Numbered from the stretch's first letter, positions 18,302-27,607 are shown. The stretch: DNA of 62,203 bases from a bacterium (GCA_021780115.1 JAJXZI010000031.1:1-62203); one strand, 5' to 3'. Translations and numbers: made by a program. Notes: generated from the sequence alone by a model not told the origin.

Positions 18302-18745
18302 CTATTCTCCCGCTTCCCCGCGTCGATACGCCTCGGCCAGCAGCGTGACCGGATGCACCACGCGCAAAGGCATGCCGCGCCGCTTCGTGCCGCTGAGGAG
18401 TTGTAGCGTGCAACCGGGATTGGCGCTGGCCACCGTCCACGCGCCGGTCGCATGGATATTCTTCAACTTCCGCTCCAGCAGCGCCCCGGCCTTTTCGGAC
18501 TGGATGAGGTTGTAGATGCCCGCGCTGCCGCAGCACCGTTGCTCCGTCGGCGATGGCGCGCATCAACGCAATCCGTCCGCGCGGACTGTGCCGCTCGATC
18601 TGGGTGGCGTCGTGGGTCGGGCAGGTCGGCAGGCACAGGCCGCAGTGCATGCATTGCTGCACGACGGAGTAGTCGAGGTCTTTGAGGTACGAGGCCGTGA
18701 CGGCGGCGGCATCCGGATCAGGCGTTTCGGCGGGGAGATTTTCTA
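18302..18745 (-). pseudogene. glcF: GlcF-like (Fe-S)-binding oxidoreductase subunit remnant with a large internal deletion
   Basis: The N-terminal piece ..YLKDLDYSVVQQCMHCGLCLPTCPTHDATQIERHSPRGRIALMRAIADGA is the first 4Fe-4S motif of GlcF. It joins out of frame, at about 18525-18550, to the extreme C-terminus CCGSAGIYNLIQSEKAGALLERKLKNIHATGAWTVASANPGCTLQLLSGTKRRGMPLRVVHPVTLLAEAYRRGEAGE*. The several hundred codons normally between these pieces are missing, and there is no in-frame ATG upstream. Confidence 0.6.
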
Positions 18746-19765
18746 CTGCCGCTTCGCGCCGCCCGCCGCCGGCGTGCGGGGACCGACCGCGAGACTGGGG
18801 AGGACGAGGCTCCTGGTCCGCGTGGTGACGGCAAACGGGAAGCCGGCCCCCGTGCCGGCGGCGCCGGAACGCCCGTGTTTGTCGAGCGCCACGAAGTTGA
18901 TGCTCAGGTCGAAGCCCTTGGGATCCTGGCGCGCGATCCGGCGGATGGTCTCGCGGCAGGCCTCGTCGGGCGGCAGCCCCCGGCGCATGAATTCCACCAC
19001 AAGAAAGGAGCCACAGTAACGCATGATGTTCTCGCCCAGACCGGTCGCGCCGGCGGCACCCACGTCGTTATCGACATACAGACCGCTGCCGATGATGGGC
19101 GAATCGCCGACGCGTCCGGGCAATTTCCCGCTCAAGCCGCTGGTCGAGCAACCGCCCGCGAGGTTGCCGTCCGCGGCGAGCACCAGCAGGGCGATCGTGT
19201 CGTGATTCTTCCGGTTCGCGGCGGGCAACGGGGCCGGCCGTTTCGTAGCCGCGCGTTTCTGCCGCCAGGCCTCGTAACGCTCTTCGGAGTGGGGATCGAC
19301 GGATTCCAGCCCCTCTTCCAAGGCGAACATTCGCGCGCCTTCGCCCACAAGCATGACGTGCGGCGTTTTCTCCATGACGCGCCGGGCCGCGGAGATCGGA
19401 TGCCGGATGCCTTCCAGCGCCGCCACGCTGCCGGCGCGGTGGCCCGGACCGGACATGATGCAGGCATCCAGTTGCACCACCCCGGCCGCGTTCGGCCCTC
19501 CGCTCAGCCCGACGGACGGATTCCCAGCCGATTCCGTGACCCAGATGCCCTGTTCGACCGCGTCCAGGATGGTACCGCCAGCCAGGAGCACTTGGAGCGC
19601 GGCGTCATTGGCGGCCCGGCCGAAATCCCAGGTGGAAACGATGAGTGGCCGTTCGCCCGCCTTGGTTCGCGGGGCGCGTTCCGCGCCGCGGCCGGCGGGC
19701 AGCGCAGTGGCGCCAGCAACCGCCAGGGCGGTACTGGCCACGAATCGGCGTCGTGAGAGTTTCAT
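18743..19765 (-). CDS. TAT-exported Ntn-hydrolase: glycosylasparaginase / isoaspartyl peptidase (asparaginase-2 family)
   Basis: ATG at 19765 gives MKLSRRRFVASTALAVAGATALPA. The autoprocessing and active-site region is HDTIALLVLAADGNLAGGCSTSGLSGKLPGRVGDSPIIGSGLYVDNDVGAAGATGLGE. Confidence 0.85.
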   Translation of the reverse strand: MKLSRRRFVASTALAVAGATALPAGRGAERAPRTKAGERPLIVSTWDFGRAANDAALQVLLAGGTILDAVEQGIWVTESAGNPSVGLSGGPNAAGVVQLDACIMSGPGHRAGSVAALEGIRHPISAARRVMEKTPHVMLVGEGARMFALEEGLESVDPHSEERYEAWRQKRAATKRPAPLPAANRKNHDTIALLVLAADGNLAGGCSTSGLSGKLPGRVGDSPIIGSGLYVDNDVGAAGATGLGENIMRYCGSFLVVEFMRRGLPPDEACRETIRRIARQDPKGFDLSINFVALDKHGRSGAAGTGAGFPFAVTTRTRSLVLPSLAVGPRTPAAGGAKRQ

Positions 19766-19908
19766 GGCTTTGGACGCAATCAGCTTAAACTCAAACTCCT
19801 TCCCCGCCAAATCTTCCCAGCGCGACCACGGCCGCAGACAAGTATTTCCTGCTTCGCCGGATGGACCCGCCGCCCCGGCATCCGAAGCACCCACGCCAGC
19901 AGCCAGCC

Positions 19909-21066
19909 TCAGCCGCGCGGGCCTGCTGAAGTGTTGTCCGGCCCCGTACTCCAGGCCTCGCGCAAAAAGCGAAGGAAGTTGCCATGCATGATTTGCCGGA
20001 TGTCGGCGTCGCGGTAGCCGCGTGCCCGGAACAAATCGGGCAGGCGGGCCAGGTCGGCAATCGTGTCGAGATCGGCCGGGGATTGCTCGCGCCCGAACCC
20101 GCCGTCCAGGTCCGAACCCACGCCGGAGTGGCGCGCGTTGCCGGCGATCTGACAGACGTGGTCGATGTGGTCCACCAGGCGTTCCAGGTTCACGCCGGCG
20201 GACTCCGGCGTCGTCTTTCCCCGCTCCCAGCCGGGCGCCAGCATCCAGGCGTCCAGCGCCCCGCCGATGACCGCGCCCCGGGCGATGAGGTGCCGGATTT
20301 GCTCATCGGTGAACTGGCGATGGTGCGGGACCAGCGCGCGGCAGTTGGCGTGGCTCGCCCACAGGCGCCCCTGAAAAACCTCGACCGCCTCCCAGAAACT
20401 TTCATCGCAGAGGTGAGTCACATCGAGAATCAGCCCGAGCCGGTCCATCTCCTGGAGCAACTCCCGGCCGCGCGCGCCCAGGCCGCCGGTCGCCTCGGTG
20501 CCCGGCGCGTAGGTGCCGGGGCCGTAATGCGCGGGGCCCACCGCGCGCAAGCCTTGGGCGTAAGCGCGCTCCAGATGGCCCAGGGTCACGAGCGAGTCGG
20601 CGCCTTCGAGGCTCAGAAGGTACCCGAGCGGCGGCGCGGGACGCGCGCGGCCGGCCGACTTCGCCGCGTCGGTTGGGCCGCTCGGTTCGTCCGCCGCCAA
20701 CCATTGCTGCCAAAGGCGCGTGTGCCGCTCCAGGCCGGCGGCATCGGTGATAGCCACCATTTCACCGGCTTCCTCCATCGCGCGATACCAGGCCAGTTGC
20801 CCTTGCGTGTGGGCCCAGGCCTGGGCGGGGGAATGCCAGCCGGGCAACGGGTTGGCCGGCTTGACAAACCGGGCGATTTGCGTCGCCACGCAAAGGCCGA
20901 CGCCGCCGCGCCGCATCTCCGGCAGGCAGACGGTCCCGCGGCCACGATCCGGTTTGTCGGTGAGGGCGAGTTCCCGCCGGCGGATTTCGTTGATGGGCCG
21001 TGTCAGGTCGCGATTCCATTCCAGCGCGTTCATCGCCAGGTCGAGATGGGCGTCGAAGACGAGCAT
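19909..21066 (-). CDS. Membrane (renal-type) dipeptidase, peptidase family M19
   Basis: MLVFDAHLDLAMNALEWNRDL opens with the H-x-D metal motif. Further family segments are LSLEGADSL, GPAHYGPGTYA, ILDVTHL, ASHANCRAL and GVGSDLDGG. Confidence 0.85.
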   Translation of the reverse strand: MLVFDAHLDLAMNALEWNRDLTRPINEIRRRELALTDKPDRGRGTVCLPEMRRGGVGLCVATQIARFVKPANPLPGWHSPAQAWAHTQGQLAWYRAMEEAGEMVAITDAAGLERHTRLWQQWLAADEPSGPTDAAKSAGRARPAPPLGYLLSLEGADSLVTLGHLERAYAQGLRAVGPAHYGPGTYAPGTEATGGLGARGRELLQEMDRLGLILDVTHLCDESFWEAVEVFQGRLWASHANCRALVPHHRQFTDEQIRHLIARGAVIGGALDAWMLAPGWERGKTTPESAGVNLERLVDHIDHVCQIAGNARHSGVGSDLDGGFGREQSPADLDTIADLARLPDLFRARGYRDADIRQIMHGNFLRFLREAWSTGPDNTSAGPRG

Positions 21067-21140
21067 GGCAGGTTTGGTTGTTCACGCCGGCGCGGTAGGC
21101 CGTGCTCAGAGACTGGCCGGCCTTGGCGAGGCACGCAAGC

Positions 21141-22490
21141 TCACACCACCAGGCTGAGCGCCAGCACCAGCGCGAGCGCCGTCACCGAAATGGCCGTCTC
21201 GATCACGCTCCAGGTGCGCAGGGTCTGGGCGACGCTCAGGTTCAAGTATTCCTTCACCAGCCAAAACCCACCGTCGTTGACGTGGGAAAGAATCAGCGAA
21301 CCGGCCCCGAGTGCGACCACCAGCAGCTCGCGGTTCAAGCCGGGCGTGGCGGCCGCGATCGGCGCCAGCAGTCCGGATGCGGTCGTGATGGCGACCGTGG
21401 CCGAGCCGGTGGCCACCCGGATCAGGGCGGCGGCGAGCCAGCCCAGCAACAGCGGCGAGAGGCCGAAATTTCTCGCCAACTGCGCCACGGCATCGCCCAC
21501 CCCGCTGGCGATCAAGACGTGGCTGAACCCGCCTCCGGCGCCGACCACCAGGAGGATCGCCGCCACGGGCGCCAGGCATTCTTCCGAAAACCGGCCGAGT
21601 TGGCGCCGGTCGAAGCCGCGCGCCCGGCCGCACGACCAAAAGGAAAACAAGACGGCGACCAGCATCGCCATGATGGGATCGCCCAGCCAGTCCGCCCAGC
21701 GGCGCAGCGTGTGGCCGGGGGCGAGCGCCACGTCCGCGACGGTCGCCAGGAGCATCAGCAGCACCGGCAATAAGACGGTGAGCAGCGCCAACCCGAAGCT
21801 TGGCGCGTTATGGCGTGCCGGAGCCTGGGAGAGTTGCTCCGCGAGGCCGCCGGGTTCGACGGTTTCGCGTCGCGCCAAGAGCGCGCCCAGCAGTGGTCCG
21901 CAAACCAGCACGGTGGGCACGCCGACCAAGAGCGCGTAGAAGATGGTTTTGCCCATGTCGGCTTGCAGAATCCCCACCGCCGCGATCGGTCCCGGATGCG
22001 GTGGCACCAGGCCGTGGGCGACCGACAGCCCCGCCACGAGCGGCAGCCCGAAGCGCAGCAGGGGCGCGCGGGTTTGCCGGGCGACCGTGAGGACGAGCGG
22101 AAGAAGCAGCACCAGTCCAACGCCGAAGAAAACCGGAAGCCCGACCACAAAGGCGACCAGCGCCATCGTCCACGGGAGCCACCGTTCGCCAAAGGCGGAG
22201 AGCAGCGTCGTGGCGATCCGTTCCGCGCCGCCGGAAACGGCCAGCATTTTTCCCAGGACGGCGCCGAGCGCGATGACCAGGGCAATCCCGCCGAGCACCG
22301 CGCCAACGCCGTCGGCAAAACTCCGGGTGATCGCCAGCGCATCCTGGCCGGAGCACAGCCCGACGAACAGCGAGGCGACCGTCAGCGCGATGAAGGAGGG
22401 CAGCCGGCACCGGGCGATGAGCACGACGAGACCGGCGATCGCCAGGGTCGCGATCAACAGCAGGCGGGCATCATGCGTCATCGCCAGCAT
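21141..22490 (-). CDS. GntP-family anion:H+ symporter (gluconate/D-serine DsdX-type permease)
   Basis: This is a polytopic membrane protein with GntP hallmarks (LLLIATLAIAGLVVLIA..LPSFIALTVASLFVGL, GGFSHVLIASGVGDA, HVNDGGFWLVKEYL). The start is uncertain between the TTG at 22502 and the ATGs at 22490 and 22481. Confidence 0.85.
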   Translation of the reverse strand: MLAMTHDARLLLIATLAIAGLVVLIARCRLPSFIALTVASLFVGLCSGQDALAITRSFADGVGAVLGGIALVIALGAVLGKMLAVSGGAERIATTLLSAFGERWLPWTMALVAFVVGLPVFFGVGLVLLLPLVLTVARQTRAPLLRFGLPLVAGLSVAHGLVPPHPGPIAAVGILQADMGKTIFYALLVGVPTVLVCGPLLGALLARRETVEPGGLAEQLSQAPARHNAPSFGLALLTVLLPVLLMLLATVADVALAPGHTLRRWADWLGDPIMAMLVAVLFSFWSCGRARGFDRRQLGRFSEECLAPVAAILLVVGAGGGFSHVLIASGVGDAVAQLARNFGLSPLLLGWLAAALIRVATGSATVAITTASGLLAPIAAATPGLNRELLVVALGAGSLILSHVNDGGFWLVKEYLNLSVAQTLRTWSVIETAISVTALALVLALSLVV

Positions 22491-22503
22491 GGGTTCCGCC
22501 AAG

Positions 22504-23658
22504 TTAGACCGTCAGCCGCCGCGCGCGGGCGGTCACCGGCCACCGGGCGGCAACGCGGCGGTTTTCGATCACAACCGCCTCGGCATGGAGGGCAACGGTC
22601 GGACAGATGTGCCAGGGAAGTCCGTAGAGACAGTCCCCGATCCTGAATTCCGCGGCCCGGGACGTCTGCACCACCAGATGCTCTTCGTTGTGCATGACGG
22701 CTTCGGCGTCATCCAGATTCAGGAACCGGACGCGCGGATGGGGCATTTCCGAGGCAACGGCCTTGTGGCCCAGGTCCAGACACAGCCGGCGCGCGCCGGG
22801 CTTGCTGACGACGCGCGTCAAGACCAGCGCGGCGGGCCGAAAGGGCAGGTCCGGCAGCGTCGTCGCGTAGCCGGCATCCCAGAAGACACACGTGCCGGGA
22901 CTGCATTCCACGTCGGCGCGCCGGGCATGAAAGGGAAAAGTCGGCGTTCCGCCGGCCACGACGCGCGGGACCGGCAGTCCGGCGGCCGTCAACTCGCGCC
23001 GCAAAGCGGCCACCGGGGCAAAGGCGGCCTCACACCGGGTCGCTCGGACCTCGGGTTCCACGTCGTGGATGTGGCCGTCGTAAGCGTGCAGGCCGCCCGG
23101 TCGCAGCCCGGGCGAAGCGGCGATCAAGCGATAGAGTTCCACGGCACCGGCATCCGCCGGAACGCCCGTGCGATGCTGGCCGACGTCGAGGTCCAGGAGG
23201 ACTTCGAGACCGGTTCCTGCCAGCGCGTCGCCTCCGGCGTCCCGGCGCCGGCGGGAAGCGGCTTCCGACAACTCCCGGATCACCACGGCGTCATCGCCGA
23301 TCACGGAGAACTGCGTGCGAGGGAACCGCCGTGTCAGCTCGATCAACCGCGCGACGTTCGGCCCGACCGGTTGGCCGGCCAGGAGCAGATCCGGGACGCC
23401 CGCGTCCGCCGCCATCTCGGCCTCGGCGATGGTCGCGCATTTGAACTTGCTGACGCCCAGGGCGCGTTGGAGCGCGGTCATTTCCCGCATCTTGTGCGTC
23501 TTGAGGTGCGGGCGCAGTCGGCCGGCGCCACCCGCCAGGGCGAGCATCCGCCGGAGATTCTCCGCAACGCGATCCCGGTAAACGAGGAGACACGGCGAAG
23601 GAATAGCCGCCACGTCCGCCACGTCGAACCAGCGGGGAGGCGTCGCCGCGGAGGTCAC
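22504..23658 (-). CDS. PLP-dependent D-threonine aldolase / D-serine dehydratase (DSD1-like, alanine-racemase-N fold) family enzyme
   Basis: RLRPHLKTHKMREM is the PLP-lysine motif HxKTHK, followed by KCATIAEAEM. The C-terminal D-serine-dehydratase-like domain contains CPTVALH. The apparent start is GTG at 23658. Confidence 0.8.
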   Translation of the reverse strand: MTSAATPPRWFDVADVAAIPSPCLLVYRDRVAENLRRMLALAGGAGRLRPHLKTHKMREMTALQRALGVSKFKCATIAEAEMAADAGVPDLLLAGQPVGPNVARLIELTRRFPRTQFSVIGDDAVVIRELSEAASRRRRDAGGDALAGTGLEVLLDLDVGQHRTGVPADAGAVELYRLIAASPGLRPGGLHAYDGHIHDVEPEVRATRCEAAFAPVAALRRELTAAGLPVPRVVAGGTPTFPFHARRADVECSPGTCVFWDAGYATTLPDLPFRPAALVLTRVVSKPGARRLCLDLGHKAVASEMPHPRVRFLNLDDAEAVMHNEEHLVVQTSRAAEFRIGDCLYGLPWHICPTVALHAEAVVIENRRVAARWPVTARARRLTV

Positions 23659-23733
23659 GGCGGCGCTCCTCGTCCGGCCCGATTGGGAGGCCTGGGGATG
23701 CCGGCCATTGAGGGAGAAACGGAAGACACGGCG

Positions 23734-24198
23734 CTATCGCTTCAGCGCGAAGACGGCCTCGATCTCCACGGCGATGTTGCCGGGCAGTGAACCCATGCCG
23801 ACCGCGCTGCGGGCGCCGACGCCGTTCTCGGTGCCCCAGACTTCCGCGAACAGTTCGCTGCAGCCGTTGATGACTTTCGGATGTTCGGTGAAGTCCGGCG
23901 GGCAATTGACCATGCCCAGGACTTTGATGACGCGCTCGACCCGATCGAGACTGCCCAGCGCCGCGCGGAGTGTTGCCAGAATGGCCAGTCCCGTCTGGCG
24001 TGCGGCGGCGTGACCCGCCGTCAGATCAAGATCCCGGCCGACCCGGCCGACAATCAACGAGCCGTCCGGCTTGAGCGGACCGTGGCCCGAGGCGAAGGCC
24101 AGCCCGCCCACGACCACCAACGGGCGATACACGCCGACCGGCTTGGGCGCCGGCGGCAGTTCGAGGTTCAATTCCCGCACGCGGGTTTCTGCGCTCAT
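23734..24198 (-). CDS. ridA: RidA/YjgF/L-PSP family reactive-intermediate (enamine/imine) deaminase
   Basis: ATG at 24198. The sequence ...GGLAFASGHGP..DGSLIVGRVG.DL....GHAAARQTGLAILATL...LGSLDRVERVIKVLGMVN......HPKVINGCSELF.....ENGVGARSAVGMGSLPGNIAVEIEAVF is typical of the family. Confidence 0.85.
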   Translation of the reverse strand: MSAETRVRELNLELPPAPKPVGVYRPLVVVGGLAFASGHGPLKPDGSLIVGRVGRDLDLTAGHAAARQTGLAILATLRAALGSLDRVERVIKVLGMVNCPPDFTEHPKVINGCSELFAEVWGTENGVGARSAVGMGSLPGNIAVEIEAVFALKR

Positions 24199-24464
24199 AG
24201 ACAGGTTGCGGTCTGGTTGCCGGGCCAATTGCGAACGCCGCAGGATTTCTTGCCGGCTTCAGTTGACGCAAGCCTTTTCGCCAGACGCGGACGGGGCCGA
24301 CCAACCCAACGCACCAGCCCGCCAATGAGGATTCCACCCCGGCCAAAGTCCGGCCGCCTCTGACGGGGTGGAGTCGGCCGAGGAAACCGAGAGCCGGAAG
24401 TTCGCGGAAACGGCCAGGGCGCGCTGACTCCCACCGGCGGCCGGCCCTCCGCCGATCGCGGGCG

Positions 24465-25508
24465 TCAGTTGTGAAAGACGCGCGGCGGCTGGGTGTCCGC
24501 GGCGAAGCGGAACGGGTGTCCGCCAATGATCTGGTCGCTCGTGATCGTCGGGCACCAGTATTTCTCGATGTGCCAGCAGACGAGATCGGTGCCGGTGAAG
24601 TGATCCACGAACGGCCGGCGGCGCGAGTTGTACATCGTGTCGGTCAGGTCGCGCAGCAATACGACGTTCTGGCCGAGCTGGACCATCTGTCGGATGGCGA
24701 AGGGCCGGCCCAGCACACACATGTTCTCGTGGACGCCCATGACGATCACGTTGGTGATACCGCGCAGCCGCATCAGATAGTAAGCCTCGGCGCTGTCGGT
24801 GACGGCGTCGCCGTCCTTAATTTCGAGCGTGGCGATCTCGCGCGACCAAGGGAACGGCGGCCAATGGCCTTCCTGACAGCGTGGCAGGTCGTTGCAGCCG
24901 CCGTCAGAATCGTCAATCGGCAAGGGCGGTTCCGTCTGCGGCGAGCGCGGCAGGCAGCGCAACATGATGGCTTGGAGATCCACCTTGGGCGCGCTCTGGG
25001 CGAGTTTCCGCTGGGGAGTGTCCTTGTAGAACGGCATCGTCTCGCTGGGGCAGTGGATGATCAGCACGCCGCGCCGCCGCAGTTCGCCGATCACCCGGTT
25101 CATGCGCGGGGCCATCTCGGCGACGCGCGCCGTCGCGCCTTTGCACCAGTGCTGGTCCCACATGTCGCAGATCACGACGGCGGTGCCCTGCGGATCCCAC
25201 CGGACAACGGACTCGGTCTGCTTCCACTGACCGGTGCCTGGCGCGGTTTCCACCAACCGGCGGAGGTGGAGCGTCAAGGCTGAGGGTGCTTGGGCGCCAG
25301 CGGCGACGCCGGCCCAGGTTGCGGCGCCCACCAACAGCCCTGCCGCGGTCTGCAGCACCGTGGGCGCAAACCAGCGGCCCCTGCGCACATCCAGCGCGGC
25401 CGTTCGCCACGCGCGGCACTGCGCCTGGTTCCAGACCGGCTGCCTGTCTGGCGAGGCCTCGGCGCCGGCCGGCAGCGCCGCGTCGTCTTGAATTCTCAGC
25501 CTTTTCAT
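24465..25508 (-). CDS. Isochorismatase-like cysteine hydrolase with a long N-terminal extension carrying a TAT-like signal/anchor
   Basis: ATG at 25508 overlaps the SDR stop (ATGA). RRGRWFAPTVLQTAAGLLVGAATWAGVAAGAQA looks like a twin-arginine signal. Isochorismatase-family motifs are TAVVICDMWDQHW (Asp site) and NVIVMGVHENMCVLGRPFAI (nucleophile Cys). Confidence 0.7.
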   Translation of the reverse strand: MKRLRIQDDAALPAGAEASPDRQPVWNQAQCRAWRTAALDVRRGRWFAPTVLQTAAGLLVGAATWAGVAAGAQAPSALTLHLRRLVETAPGTGQWKQTESVVRWDPQGTAVVICDMWDQHWCKGATARVAEMAPRMNRVIGELRRRGVLIIHCPSETMPFYKDTPQRKLAQSAPKVDLQAIMLRCLPRSPQTEPPLPIDDSDGGCNDLPRCQEGHWPPFPWSREIATLEIKDGDAVTDSAEAYYLMRLRGITNVIVMGVHENMCVLGRPFAIRQMVQLGQNVVLLRDLTDTMYNSRRRPFVDHFTGTDLVCWHIEKYWCPTITSDQIIGGHPFRFAADTQPPRVFHN

Positions 25509-26338
25509 CTCGGTCGCTCCTTTCCGGTCGTTCCCGGCGTTACGTTCGAGTTCCCCTTCGGCAACGCGCGGGTCGCGCCGGTGGAAATCCCGCCGTCCAC
25601 CAGCAGCGTCTGGCCGGTCACGTATTCGCTGGCATCCGACGCCAGAAACACGACCGCACCTTCCAAGTCGCCCGGCCGCCCGGGGCGTTTGAGGGGGATG
25701 CGGTCGCAAAGGTACTCGACCCACTCGCGGTCCTCGTAGAGCGCCGCGCTCTGCGCCGTTTTGAACCACCCGGGCGCCAGGCAGTTCACCGTGATGCCGT
25801 GGACGCCCCAATCGTCGGCGAGGCTCATGGTGAGCTGCTTCACGCCGCCGCGGCTCGCGCCATACGGCCCCAGCCCCGCGTAGCCGGCGACGCACGTCAC
25901 GGAGCCGACGTTGATGATGCGTCCGTATTTCCTCGGGATCATGTGCCGGGCCACGGCCTGCGCCACAAAGAAGGCGCCGCGCAGATTCGTGTCGAGGATC
26001 AGGTTCCAGTCGTTCCACGTCACCTCGAGCGCCGGTTTGCGGACGTTGCAGCCGGCGTTGTTTACGAGGATGTCCACCCGGCCGTAACGCGCCACGGCGC
26101 CGGCGACCATTCGCTGGATGCTGTCATAATCCCGCACGTCCAACTCCAGCGGCAGCGCCTGGCGTCCCAGCGCGGCGATCTCGCGCTGGAAGGGACCGAG
26201 CGTGTCCGGCGCGCGGCTGGTGATGACCAAGTCCGCGCCCGCCTGCGCCAGCGCCCGTCCGAAATACTGGCCCAAGCCGCGGCTGGCACCGGTGACGAGG
26301 GCGACTTTGCCGGTGAGGTCGAAAGGATTTTTATTCAT
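25505..26338 (-). CDS. Short-chain dehydrogenase/reductase (KduD / gluconate-5-dehydrogenase-like)
   Basis: The protein has LTGKVALVTGASRGLGQ (TGxxxGxG), VNNAG, a catalytic Ser and then PYGASRGGVKQLT. The usual YxxxK reads YGASR here. Confidence 0.9.
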   Translation of the reverse strand: MNKNPFDLTGKVALVTGASRGLGQYFGRALAQAGADLVITSRAPDTLGPFQREIAALGRQALPLELDVRDYDSIQRMVAGAVARYGRVDILVNNAGCNVRKPALEVTWNDWNLILDTNLRGAFFVAQAVARHMIPRKYGRIINVGSVTCVAGYAGLGPYGASRGGVKQLTMSLADDWGVHGITVNCLAPGWFKTAQSAALYEDREWVEYLCDRIPLKRPGRPGDLEGAVVFLASDASEYVTGQTLLVDGGISTGATRALPKGNSNVTPGTTGKERPR

Positions 26339-26394
26339 GGCGAATCGAGAGTTGCTGGCAGCGAAGGAAGTCGGAAATCCGAAATCGAGTCAGC

Positions 26395-27426
26395 TCAGGG
26401 CGTGAGGACGACCTTGAGCAGGCCGGCCTCCTTGCGGTAGAGCCGGTCAAACCACGCCGCGCCCTCCGCGAGCGGCGCGACGGCGCTGATGAGCGGCGCC
26501 ACCTGGATCGCCCCACGCGCCAGCAAGTCCAGGCAGGCCGGGTATTCGCCCTGGGACGCGCACGAGCCGGAGAGCGTCAACTCGCGCGTCACCACGGCTT
26601 GCAGCGGCAAGTCCACCTTCGGGGCGACGTTGCCCACGAGCGTCACCGCGCCGCCTTTGCGCACGCAGCGCACCGCGAGATCGACGGTGGCGTTGACGCC
26701 GACGGCTTCAAAGGCCAGGTCCGCGCCGCGGCCGGCCGTGAGGTGGAGAATCTCTTTCGCCGCATCGGTGGCGGACGGATTCACCGCCGCCGTCGCGCCC
26801 AGCTTCGTGGCGAGGGCCAGCTTGTCGGGCGCGACATCGACGGCGATGATCTGACCGCCCCCCGCCACGCGCAACGCCTGGATGAGGAGTTGGCCGATCA
26901 TGCCGGCGCCGACGACCACCGCCGTGTCGTTCAACGCCACCGGCGTCCGCCGCACCGCATGCACGGCAATGGACACCGGCTCGACCAGCGCCGCGTGCGC
27001 GAACGGCAGCGCGTCCGGCAGGCGATAGAGCACGCGCGGCGGGACGACCACGAATTGCGCGAACGTGCCGTGCTGCCGGTAGTCCTCGCAGGACACGCCC
27101 AGCACGCGGCGGTGATCGCACAGATTGATCCGGCCCGCGCGGCAGAAGTCGCACCGGCCGCAGTAGATCGTGGAGTCGAACGTCACGCGCTCGCCCGGCT
27201 TCCAATCGGCCACCCCGCTACCGACCTGGGCGATGACGCCCGCCGCTTCGTGGCCCATGATGAGCGGCGGACGCCGCCGGCCAGTGCTGCCGTCCAAGCC
27301 ATGCACGTCGCTGCCGCAAATGCCGCACGCCTTGACCGCCACGAGCACGTCTTCGGAAGAGATTTCCGGCGTCGGCATCTCGTCATACGAGAGCTTGCCG
27401 TATTCGATGAGAACCAGCGCCTTCAT
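26395..27426 (-). CDS. Zinc-dependent medium-chain alcohol/polyol dehydrogenase
   Basis: MKALVLIEYGKL..., with VKACGICGSDVH, GHEAAGVI, CGRCDFCRAGRINLC and VVVGAGMIGQL. The ATG at 27426 is preferred over the upstream TTG at 27447. Confidence 0.85.
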   Translation of the reverse strand: MKALVLIEYGKLSYDEMPTPEISSEDVLVAVKACGICGSDVHGLDGSTGRRRPPLIMGHEAAGVIAQVGSGVADWKPGERVTFDSTIYCGRCDFCRAGRINLCDHRRVLGVSCEDYRQHGTFAQFVVVPPRVLYRLPDALPFAHAALVEPVSIAVHAVRRTPVALNDTAVVVGAGMIGQLLIQALRVAGGGQIIAVDVAPDKLALATKLGATAAVNPSATDAAKEILHLTAGRGADLAFEAVGVNATVDLAVRCVRKGGAVTLVGNVAPKVDLPLQAVVTRELTLSGSCASQGEYPACLDLLARGAIQVAPLISAVAPLAEGAAWFDRLYRKEAGLLKVVLTP

Positions 27427-27607
27427 CTCTGGCTGTTCAGTGGCCAAGCAAGTGACGCGGCCAGTGTAACGCGCCTGCTGCCGACCTCCACCGAAAAACC
27501 GTCCTCCGCTGGGTCATGAAGCAGCGGCGTTTTTCTCTGGCCTCGCGGGCCGCGATCGGGCTATTACCTCCCCGGTTGGTTGACCGCCACCTCCACCGCT
27601 CCAATCC

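Noticed and set aside
24465-26018. 517-aa ORF suggesting a much longer isochorismatase-like protein
   Set aside because: The N-terminal ~170 residues are an out-of-frame read through the SDR gene (Arg/Gly-rich). The ATG at 25508, overlapping the SDR stop, gives a sensible signal-bearing protein.
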